Program-made: the position numbers and the translations under genes
Assembly: GCA_044344255.1 (NCBI GenBank)
Contig: JBIJDH010000010.1
Location: 128,001 to 192,000, forward strand
From: Myxococcota bacterium
GTDB lineage: Bacteria; Myxococcota_A; UBA796; UBA2385
Length of the DNA: 64,000 bases
Direction: 5' to 3'
Notes under the pieces: model-generated
What the model was told of the DNA's origin: nothing
Seen by the model: the letters and a program-made list of their open reading frames with translations, nothing else
Databases searched by the model: none
Part shown: one piece after another, positions 1 to 12,832 of the stretch
How the letters are laid out: the number at the start of each line of letters is the position of its first letter
How positions within the stretch are numbered: position 1 is the first letter of the stretch

Positions 1-900
1 AGACCCCCGCACTCGGCGTAGATCGCGCCGCCCGACGCCGCGAACGCCCGGATGGCCGCCCGCATCGACACGTTCGCCGTCAGCGCCGCCGCGTGCTCCT
101 CCGGGTACCCGCCGCCGAGGTAGAGGCCGTCCACGGGCGGGGGCCGCGCGTCCGTCACCGGCGAGAAGGAGACCAGCTCGGCGCCGGCCTCCTCCAAAAG
201 GTCGAGGTTGTCCGCGTAGTAAAAATGGAAGGCGGCGTCCTGTGCGACGCCGATCCGGACCCGCCGGCCGGCAGACACAACCGCCACGGCCGGGGTGGGC
301 GCCGGGGTGCCGCTCGGGTACGGCGAGGTCGGGCCGGGCGGGCAGGCCACCGAGCACCAGGACCCCTGGCAACGCCGCCGCCATCGCCTCGCGCAAGATG
401 CGCGTGTGCCCTTCGCCGCCCACGCGGTTGAAGATCACCCCGGTCACCCGCACCCTCGGGTCGAAGGTCGCGAGCCCGTGTACGACCGCCGCCGCCGTCC
501 GCGCCATCCCTCCGGCGTCCACCACGAGCAACACCGGCGCGTCCAGCAGCACCGCGAGCTCGGCGCCCGAGCCGGTCAGCTCCGTCGGCGACCACCCGTC
601 GAACAGCCCCATCACGCCCTCCACCAGCGCGAGGTCACCCCCCGACGATCCGCGCCGGAACGAGGCGATCACGCCCTCGGGGCTCGTCATCCACGCATCG
701 AGGTTGCGCGACGGGTGGCCGCTCACCTTGGTGTGCCAGGTGGGGTCGAGGTAGTCGGGGCCGGCCTTGAACAAGCGCACCTCGCGGCCGGAGGCGCCCG
801 GCGGGCGGGCGCGCAGCGCGGCGGTGAGGCCGCAGACCACGGTGGTCTTTCCGGAGCCGGTTGCGGGGGCGGCGACGATGAGGGCGGGCGTGCGGGGCAT
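1..900 (-). CDS. cbiA: Cobyrinate a,c-diamide synthase (CbiA/CobB family), 3' part outside window
   Basis: Hand translation from ATG at 900 gives [49 protein letters not shown]. Not in the ORF track because it runs off the window edge. Confidence 0.9.
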   Translation of the reverse strand, partial: MPRTPALIVAAPATGSGKTTVVCGLTAALRARPPGASGREVRLFKAGPDYLDPTWHTKVSGHPSRNLDAWMTSPEGVIASFRRGSSGGDLALVEGVMGLFDGWSPTELTGSGAELAVLLDAPVLLVVDAGGMARTAAAVVHGLATFDPRVRVTGVIFNRVGGEGHTRILREAMAAALPGVLVLGGLPARPDLAVPERHPGAHPGRGGCVCRPAGPDRRRTGRRLPFLLRGQPRPFGGGRRRAGLLLAGDGRAAPARGRPLPRRRVPGGARGGADGERVDAGGHPGVRGVGRRDLRRVRGS

Positions 901-958
901 CCGCCCTGGTACCCTGTCGGCCCGCCCTCGTGGAGACGCCGTCGCCCCTCCGCGACGG

Positions 959-1243
959 CAAGCGCTTCGTCTGGACGCCGACCTTCCGCGAGGTCTCCCG
1001 CTTGATGAGGTGGAGGGCGATGTGCCGAATGGTGGCGAAATTCTCGGCGGAGTGACCGAGGCGGGGCCCGGGCGTCGTCTTCGTGAACGGCGACGTCGAA
1101 GACCCAGCGCATCTGGTCTTCGATGCCCCAATGGCTTCGGACGATGTGAGCGGCCTGTCGCGCCGGAGGACTCGACAAGCTGCTGATGGTGTATCGCCGG
1201 TCGACCGACTCTTGCTTGTCGAGCACCTCTCTTGTCCCCTCCA
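959..1243 (-). pseudogene. ISAs1-family transposase C-terminal remnant, frameshifted
   Basis: RRYTISSL..VRSHWGIEDQMRWVFDVAVHEDD in one frame continues as AENFATIRHIALHLIKRETSRKVGVQTKRL in another; both match the ISAs1 C-terminus. Confidence 0.8.
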
Positions 1244-1397
1244 GATATGAATGCCCTGGGAAATGAGGAGCGGGACGAACGGTGGGTCTTCGCGCCGATC
1301 CATGTGTTAGTTGGAGAGGCCTGACCTCTCGGCTGACCCGCCGGCCTCGCACCGACAGCGCGCGATCGTAAGATCTCGCGGACTTCCCCGGTGGAAC

Positions 1398-2015
1398 ATG
1401 TCGATCTTCGCGCTGCTCCTCTCCGTCGCCGCCGCGGGTGAACCAGCCCCGGCCGCCCCTTACACGCTCTCGAACACCACGCCGTGGGGCGTGCTCACGA
1501 TCGGCATCGCCGCCGAGGGCGCGCTCACGAACCCGGCGGTCGCCGCTGGCGTCCAGGGGGTCGACGACGCCCTCGCCGCCTGCTTCCCCGACGCGACGAC
1601 CGTTCCCCCCATGAGCGTGCGCTATGGGGTGAACGCCGGCGGCCGGCCGGGCGCGATCGACGCCACCCCCACCCCGGCGGCGCCGGCGGTGGAGGTCTGC
1701 GTAGAGCGGGCGCTCGGCGCGGTGGGCTACGCTGGCGCAGCGGCCGAGACCCGCGTGGCGCTGACCCTCAAGGCGGGCGAGAAGCTCGAGCTCCGCGGCC
1801 TCATCGGCATGAAGGGTACCCAGCTCGGGTCGGTGGTCGTGAAGAGCACGACGGTCGGTGACGCCACCTTGGACGCGTGCGTGGTCCGCGCAGCGGAGGG
1901 GTGGACCTTCCCCGTGGTGCCCGGCGGCGGCATCGTGATCGCGACCTACCCTTTCCGCTTCGGGCCGCCCTCGTCCACCGTCACTCCGCCGGCGCCCGCC
2001 CCACCTTCACCGTGA
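1398..2015 (+). CDS. Secreted protein with AgmX/PglI (TonB-C-like) C-terminal domain, possibly internally deleted
   Basis: Signal peptide MSIFALLLSVAAAG; C-terminus KSTTVGDATLDACVVRAAEGWTFPVVPGGGIVIATYPFRF. Confidence 0.6.
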   Translation: MSIFALLLSVAAAGEPAPAAPYTLSNTTPWGVLTIGIAAEGALTNPAVAAGVQGVDDALAACFPDATTVPPMSVRYGVNAGGRPGAIDATPTPAAPAVEVCVERALGAVGYAGAAAETRVALTLKAGEKLELRGLIGMKGTQLGSVVVKSTTVGDATLDACVVRAAEGWTFPVVPGGGIVIATYPFRFGPPSSTVTPPAPAPPSP

Positions 2016-2025
2016 CCGACAAGAG

Positions 2026-2240
2026 CGTACTGGCCCAGCGTGAATCGGCCTCTCGGATGGGTGGCGTAGCGAACTCACGGGGTCAGTCGAGGGGGGCGGG
2101 TGACGAAGGAAGGAACGGGGCGGCCCCCCGAGCCGCCTCGCGCCACTGGGCGCGCCGCTCGGAGTTGTAGGGGTGGAGGAAGGCGTTGACGGCGTGTCTG
2201 GTCTCGTCGGCGGCGACGGGGCTGGAGTCCTCCGGCCGAC
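2026..2240 (-). mobile_element. Internally deleted 3'-end remnant of an IS3-family element
   Basis: GTACTGGCCCAGC at 2027-2039 is the exact reverse complement of the IS end at 7725-7737. The adjacent frame SPVAADETRHAVNAFLHPYNSER resembles SPPATLEEARRLVTRFIEHYNTRR of the other IS. Confidence 0.65.
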
Positions 2241-2259
2241 ATCTTAGCGCCGCAAACCC

Positions 2260-2512
2260 AAAGCCCATCGCCACCGCGGCCTGCTGCATTCCCACATCGT
2301 GGGTGGCGATGTCCACCAAAAACCTCTGGACCGGAGCCAGTCGGCTGTGGCCAGGTGAAGGGCGTCGAGGGTGCGCACCGGCACCGGAAAGGGCGCGGGT
2401 CCGCGCACAGACGTCCTCGTCGAGGGCGACCAGATCGAGGCGGCTGAGGAGCGCGGCCAGGGTACCTCCGTGGGTAACAGCGCGTTCGTATACATGAAGG
2501 CGCACTTGCTGT
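2260..2512 (-). pseudogene. PIN-domain (VapC-like) toxin remnant, 5' end lost, two frameshifts
   Basis: THGGTLAALLSRLDLVALDEDV / PFPVPVRTLDALHLATADWL / VDIATHDVGMQQAAVAMGF, split across two frames. Confidence 0.7.
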
Positions 2513-2620
2513 TGCCGGAGTCGTGGGCCAGGACCGGCGTGGTGAACGGGTCCCATCGGGCGATGCGGGTCTTGGCGGAGACGCGCTCCCCGTCCTTGAC
2601 CTGCAGGTCAGCGCCGTAGG
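2513..2620 (-). repeat. 108-bp diverged copy of internal rpoC segment 9017-9124, same orientation
   Basis: Ungapped manual alignment with 10 mismatches in 108 nt; YGADLQVKDGERVSAKTRIARWDPFTTPVLAHDSG vs [35 protein letters not shown]. Confidence 0.95.
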
Positions 2621-3060
2621 CGGTCAACCCGGTCCCGAAGGGGTGGCCGCGCCCTGGGACGGCGGGGAGCCTGGGGGCCCGGCTGGGCGGCCCGGCCGGG
2701 GAGGGCCCGCGGAGGCTTGGGAGGGCCGCCGGGGGCCTTCTGAAGGCGATGGCTGTCTACCGGTGGAGGCCCTTCGGGCTCCATCTGGTTGAAGCGCAGC
2801 GGATCGGTCTCGATCACCTCGATGGCGACTTCACGGGCGGAGAGGGCCCCGTCGCCATCCTTGTCGGCGCTCTGGAATCGGGGTTCTCCCTGCCACACCC
2901 GGCTGTACTCCGACTCGACCACCCGCCCGTCCCGGTCGAGGTCGAGGGGGACGAGCACGGAGACAAAGGGCTCTGCCTCGGCCTCGGTGACCTGCGGCCC
3001 CGTCGAAGCGCAGCCCAGGAGCAGGATGGGCGACCAGCGGGCTACACGGTTTCTCATCAT
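2608..3060 (-). CDS. EF-hand lipoprotein
   Basis: Lipobox LLGC; loops DLDRDGRVVESE and DKDGDGALSARE; ATGA overlap with the upstream sulfatase-like gene. Confidence 0.7.
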   Translation of the reverse strand: MMRNRVARWSPILLLGCASTGPQVTEAEAEPFVSVLVPLDLDRDGRVVESEYSRVWQGEPRFQSADKDGDGALSAREVAIEVIETDPLRFNQMEPEGPPPVDSHRLQKAPGGPPKPPRALPGRAAQPGPQAPRRPRARPPLRDRVDRLRR

Positions 3061-4535
3061 GGCGCCCAATACCCCTGCTTTCGCATCTCTTCGACGAGGC
3101 GGGGATCGGCCTTCTTCCCGCCCTGCACCTTCGACAGGCTGGCCGACCACTTGACCAGGGCCCCTCGAAGCGCCTCCTGCTCCTCCGCGGCGGCGGTGCT
3201 GTAGAGGCGGAAGGCGGGCCCCCCGAGCTCTGTGCTGGCCAGCAGCTCGGGCAGAATGATCGAGCCAGCGCGGATGCCCGTGAAGCTGAGCCGACCAGTG
3301 GGGCTGCGCACCGAGACGCCGCGGTCATTGCTCTCGGAGAAGACGAGGCGGCCCATCACCAGCCTCTCTCCGCGAAGGGCGGGGACCAGCGAGCGCCCGC
3401 CGGCCTCTGCGAGGGGAGCGGCGCCGGCCAGCTCCAACAGGGTGGGCAGGACATCGAGGAGGGCGACCGGCTCGGCCACAGAATGGGGGGCCACTCCCGG
3501 CGCCTTCACAATCAGGGGAACATGGAGTTCGCTGTCCCACAGGGAATCCCCGTGACCAAAACGGCCATCCTCTCCCAGCGCCTCGCCGTGGTCTCCCAGC
3601 ACCACGATGACGGTGGAGTCGAGGAGGTGGCGCTCCTCGAGCTGGAGCATCAGTCGGCCGAACCACGCATCGGCATAGGCGACCCCGCCGTCATAGACCG
3701 CCGCGACCGCCGCGAGATCGGTCGCCGAAAAGGGAACCGCCTGAGTCTCTGGGCTGTGGGCCAACGATCCGACCCGGGTCCGGCCTGCAGCATCCCAGCT
3801 TCGGGGTCGTTCCTTGTCGAGCAGCTCCACCATCACCGCCTCATCCTTGAATTGGTAACCGTCGAGGATGAGCTCGGCGCCGATGGGCAGCATCATCGCT
3901 TTTTGCCAGGGCCCCTCTGTCTCAGGCTCAGTCCAGGCGAGGCCATAGGGTGGGGGGGCGAGATAGGGAGCATGCACATCATAACTGTGCAGAAAGACGA
4001 AGAAGGGCCGACTCTCGGTGTCTCGGATCTCGGTGCGAGCCGCCAGCCAATGGAGGGCTTCGGGGACGGTGTGAAAGAAGGAGCCCATGGGCGGGGAGGA
4101 CCACCAGGAATCAAATCCCCGGTCGAAGCCCCAGCCCGCCTGAAGGTGCCCGCCTGCCGTGAAGGCAGCGGTCTGGTAGCGATAGACCTGGAGGACCTCG
4201 GCGAGGGTGCGGCTGTGGTCGTCCATCCGAAACGTGGGTCCGACCTCACCGAGCTCAGAGGGGTAACGGCTCGTGAACAGGCTCCCGTGGGACATCGAGG
4301 TCAGGTTCGCCTGAGCCCAGGCCTGCTCGAAGACCACGGCCCCGGCGGCAAACCGATCGAGGTTGGGCGTGAGGCCCCGCTTGCTCCCGAGGCAGCCGAG
4401 GCGGTCGGCCCGGAGGGTGTCGATGGAGATGAGCAGGATGTTCGGGGGAGCCCCCACGGGGCTCGCGGCCGGTCCGGCGACGGCCTTGTCCACCGCCAGG
4501 TCGACGAACAGGAGGGCGGCCAGCGAGAGGACCAA
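3057..4535 (-). CDS. Sulfatase-like hydrolase/transferase (alkaline phosphatase superfamily); start uncertain
   Basis: PNILLISIDTLRAD, ANLTSMSHGSLFTS, HSYDVHAPY, GDHGE..GHG, HVPLIV. Confidence 0.85.
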   Translation of the reverse strand: MVLSLAALLFVDLAVDKAVAGPAASPVGAPPNILLISIDTLRADRLGCLGSKRGLTPNLDRFAAGAVVFEQAWAQANLTSMSHGSLFTSRYPSELGEVGPTFRMDDHSRTLAEVLQVYRYQTAAFTAGGHLQAGWGFDRGFDSWWSSPPMGSFFHTVPEALHWLAARTEIRDTESRPFFVFLHSYDVHAPYLAPPPYGLAWTEPETEGPWQKAMMLPIGAELILDGYQFKDEAVMVELLDKERPRSWDAAGRTRVGSLAHSPETQAVPFSATDLAAVAAVYDGGVAYADAWFGRLMLQLEERHLLDSTVIVVLGDHGEALGEDGRFGHGDSLWDSELHVPLIVKAPGVAPHSVAEPVALLDVLPTLLELAGAAPLAEAGGRSLVPALRGERLVMGRLVFSESNDRGVSVRSPTGRLSFTGIRAGSIILPELLASTELGGPAFRLYSTAAAEEQEALRGALVKWSASLSKVQGGKKADPRLVEEMRKQGYWAP

Positions 4536-4805
4536 AGGATGGACCCGCGATGCGCGCAGGCGCGGCCCGCGGTCCGCCTGATGTGCGGGGCCCGTTGAGC
4601 GGCAAAAGACGGGTCAGAGCTGCCCCAGGCCGGTCTTCGGGGCTTTCGGTCTCTCCACGGTCATCGGGCATTCCCACGGGCTCGTCGTCAAGCCCACCTA
4701 TACCATGGTCGCCTGTCGTCGAGAGCGTGGCCCCTCGGGCCGGGCCTCTCTGTTCGGCTCAGGGGATGAGCCTGCTCCTGCTGCTCTGCGGGCGGATAGT
4801 AGAGA

Positions 4806-5030
4806 TGAACGCTCTCGGACGGCCCCCGAGCACGGGCTCCGGGGCGGCGCCCCTCGAAGATCGCGTCGTCGCCGCCCTCACCACCCGCCCCATGACCCGC
4901 ACCGCCCTCCAAGAGCACCTCGGCGTCCGCAACAAGACGCTCCGGACCGCCATCGATCGGCTCCTCTCCGCCGGTCGGCTCGTCCGTGCCCAGAATGGGC
5001 TCGCCGTACACACTCCCGCACCCGTTCCCG
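4806..5030 (+). pseudogene. Isolated winged-HTH fragment, resembling the C-terminus of mobile-element AAA ATPases
   Basis: LEDRVVAALTTRPMTRTALQEHLGVRNKTLRTAIDRLLSAGRLVR, with no ATPase domain upstream; opposite strand to its neighbours. Confidence 0.4.
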
Positions 5031-5080
5031 TCTCCCTCCTCCCGGAGGTCGAGGCCGACCGAGCTCCATTCAGGCGGAGC

Positions 5081-6226
5081 TCAGGGTGAGGCGTTCCGGC
5101 TCGGGATGGGGGAGGGGAGCTGACGGTCCAGCAGCTCGGCGAGGAGGGCCGCTCCCTGCGCGTTCGGATGAACCACATCGAGGAAGAGGTCTTCCCCGCG
5201 GTGCATCAGCCGGAACCACTCCGCGGCGTCAATGAGGCGGAGGCTCTCGGTAGCGGCGAGCTCCCGCAGGGTGTCTTTGTACGCGAGCAGGTTGCTGCCC
5301 GATGACCTCGGTTGGTCGCTCACATCGGCCAGGTCGGGGAGCACCAGCAGCACAGGGATGGCGCCGCTCTCTCGGATGAGGGTGATCATCTCCATCAGGT
5401 TCTGTCGGTATTCGTCCAGAGGGACCCGGACGATGGTGCCCGTGGGCCCACCCACCTGTGCGATCTGGGTACCCCCCTCCGGACCCGCATCGGTGTTGGA
5501 CTTCAGAGGCGCATCGTCTTTAGCCCGCACCAATATCGTCCCCAGCGCTCGATAAAGGTAGGAGCGGTCCAGCAGATCGTAGAGGCCCGGGTAACGGTTG
5601 GGGGGGAAGCGGTCGCGGTCGGCCGCCACATCGAAGGCGGAGTCACTGTTCTGATTCCCGATGACCACCAGATCAGGCTCGAAGGCGAGGCAGTGTCTTT
5701 TCAGCTTGATCTTCGACTGCCAGGTGGAGTGCCCAGGGGCCGCACAGTTACCAACCTGTATTTTTTCCTCCGTCTTCCCCTGGGCCCGGAGCTCAACAAA
5801 CTGGGCGGAGAAGGTCTCCTCCCATTGGAGCTTGGCGCCGAAAATCGAAGAATCGCCCACCATGAGCACCCTCGACACATCCGAGGGATGGACCGCTTCG
5901 TAATCGGGGCCGCGCATCCGCCAACGGTTGGTCGTATAGGCGATGTGGGCGACCTCTCCTCCGTCTGGCCGCAGGTCCCATCCAGGGACATCGTTGTTTG
6001 CGATGAGGTTGTCGTTCATCGTCTGGGCGCGGATTCGTAGGGATCGGGTGTCCAGGCGCTCCTTGGGGAGGAATGAGCAGCCGAGCTCCGCGATCCCCAC
6101 TGCTCCCAGGAGCACGAGCGCCGAAAAGAGGAGACGACGACTGAGCGACAGCCGAGGGGCAACACGAGGAGGAAGCGGCGGCGGCGCCGGGATACTCGAG
6201 GGGGTCGGGGAGGGCGGAGGGGCCAT
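5081..6226 (-). CDS. Membrane-anchored SGNH/GDSL hydrolase
   Basis: N-terminal TM helix; VGDSS, GNQNS, DVVHP motifs. Confidence 0.85.
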   Translation of the reverse strand: MAPPPSPTPSSIPAPPPLPPRVAPRLSLSRRLLFSALVLLGAVGIAELGCSFLPKERLDTRSLRIRAQTMNDNLIANNDVPGWDLRPDGGEVAHIAYTTNRWRMRGPDYEAVHPSDVSRVLMVGDSSIFGAKLQWEETFSAQFVELRAQGKTEEKIQVGNCAAPGHSTWQSKIKLKRHCLAFEPDLVVIGNQNSDSAFDVAADRDRFPPNRYPGLYDLLDRSYLYRALGTILVRAKDDAPLKSNTDAGPEGGTQIAQVGGPTGTIVRVPLDEYRQNLMEMITLIRESGAIPVLLVLPDLADVSDQPRSSGSNLLAYKDTLRELAATESLRLIDAAEWFRLMHRGEDLFLDVVHPNAQGAALLAELLDRQLPSPIPSRNASP

Positions 6227-6262
6227 GGCGCCTACTATCCCGGGAGCGTCGGGGAGGGCCAC

Positions 6263-7738
6263 TGTTCTGCAGCAGCCGGATCTTGACTCTCCCTACAGCC
6301 GCGTAAAGAGCGGCAACCAGGAGAGCCCTTGCCCGTGTCCCGCAAGCCCCGTCGCAACTTCACGATCGACCAGAAGGGCGCCATCCTCCGCCGTCACTTC
6401 GTCGATAGGGTCGCAATTTTGCAATCTTAGCACCGAGTACGAGCAGCAGCCAGGCGTCTTCTACTACTGGCAGAAGCAGGCCTTCGAGAACCTCGCCGGC
6501 GCCTTCCAGCCGGCCGTCACCACCAGCTCGCGGGAGAAGGACCTGGAGCGCGAGGTGGAAGCGCTCAAGGCGCGGGTCGCCAAGAAGGATGCCGTCATCG
6601 CCTCCATCAGCGAGGAGTACGTCACCTTTAAAATAGGCGCGTGGGGAGCCTTGAACGAGCGTTGGGTTCCCCCCGACACGCGTGACTCCGTCATCGACTT
6701 CGTGCGCCTTGGTCCGAGCGGACCGAGATCGCCGCCGCCCGCTTCATCACCTGGATCGGCGTCCAGCGCGGGAAATTCTACGACTGGCAGAGGCGGTACG
6801 GCAAGGCCAACGAGCACAACGCGCTCGTCCAGCGTGACCAATCGCTGGAGCCCTGGGAGTGCGAGGCGATTCTCGCTTTCCACGCGAAGAACCCGCTGGA
6901 GGGCTACCGCCGGCTCACGTTCATGATGCTCGATGCCAACGTTGTCGCCGCGTCGCCCACGACGGTGTGGAGGGTGTTGAGCCAGGCCGGCGTCCTGGAC
7001 CGGTGGAACAAGCGGCCCTCGAAGAAGGGCACCGGCTTCGTCCAGCCCCTTAAGCCGCACGAGCACTGGCATACGACCCGGTCTGGAGGACATCTCGTAC
7101 ATCAGCATCTCCGGCACGTTCTACCGCCTCATCACCGTCCTCGACGGGTGCAGCCGCGCGGTGATCCACTGGGACCTCCGCGAGTCCATGACAGAGCAGC
7201 AGGTCGAGTGCATCCTGCAGCGCACCCGCGAACTCTACCCGGCAGCCTCCCCACGCATCATCAGCGACAACGGGGCCGCAGTTCATCGCCCACGACTTCA
7301 AGGAATTCATCAAGGTCACCGGGGTGAGCCACGTACGGACCTCGCCCTACTACCCACAGTCCAACTCCTCCAGAGCGGCGGAAGATCGAGCGCTACCACA
7401 AGACGATCAAGGGCGACGTAATCCGCGTGTCCCCGCCCGCCACCCTGGAGGAGGCCCGACGCCTCGTCACCCGCTTCATCGAGCACTACAACACCCGTCG
7501 CCTCCACAGCGCCATCGGCTACGTCACTCCCCACGACCACCCGGAAGGCTGTCAGAAGGCAATCCACGATGCGCGCGACCACAAGCTCGAGGGCCGCGCG
7601 CGAGACCCGCGCCGAGCGCCGGCAAGCCGCCCCACGGCCCGGGCCGGCGCTGCCACCTTGCTCGCTCACCCCTCGCCAGCCGATACCCGATTCGTTACAC
7701 CCCAGACCCGGGAGTCCTGATCAGGCTGGGCCAGTACA
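6263..7738 (+). mobile_element. IS3-family element with multiply frameshifted transposase (degenerate)
   Basis: TG...CA ends with imperfect inverted repeats (TGTTCTGCAGCAGCCGGATCTTGACTC vs TGTACTGGCCCAGCCTGATCAGGACTC, 20/27). OrfA HTH (FYYWQKQAFEN..EVEALKARVAKKD); OrfB pieces GTGFVQPLKPHEHWH, IISDNG, SPYYPQSN, HYNTRRLHSAIGYVTP. No clear target duplication. Confidence 0.85.
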
Positions 7739-7879
7739 CCCCGAGCTGAGGAGGCGACGAAGACCTTCCTCAAACAGGGCCGTCTTCGGCGTTCCCGGCG
7801 GAAACATCGCCTGTACTCGCGCCAAGAGGGAATCTTCGATGTCGAGCGTGGTTCGCTTACAAGTATGAACACCTGCCAT
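7721..7879 (-). pseudogene. VapB-like ribbon-helix-helix antitoxin truncated by the IS end
   Basis: Hand translation MAGVHTCKRTTLDIEDSLLARVQAMFPPGTPKTALFEEGLRRLLSSG then reads into the IS end (CTGPA*). Confidence 0.6.
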
Positions 7880-7905
7880 CACTATATGCGTCAACTATGT
7901 CTGAG

Positions 7906-7937
7906 AAACAAAGAAGCCCCGCTCTCTCGAGCGGGGC
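7906..7937 (-). terminator. Rho-independent terminator of rpoC
   Basis: GCCCCGCTC-GAGA-GAGCGGGGC followed by TTCTTTGTTT, about 20 nt after the stop codon. Confidence 0.85.
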
Positions 7938-7958
7938 CCCTCTCCTCAGCCGCGAGGA

Positions 7959-12725
<4,767 letters not shown>

Positions 12726-12784
12726 CGGGGACTCCTTCAATCCGTAGGATTCATTCGAGGAGGATCGAGCGCGCGAGTGCGCTC

Positions 12785-12823
12785 AAACACGAAGAGGCGG
12801 CGAGCCCGAGAGGGCCCGCCGCC
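12785..12823 (-). terminator. Terminator-like hairpin between rpoB and rpoC
   Basis: GGCGGCGGGCCC-TCTC-GGGCTCGCCGCC followed by TCTTCGTGTTT. Confidence 0.45.
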
Positions 12824-12832
12824 GCGAAGGGA

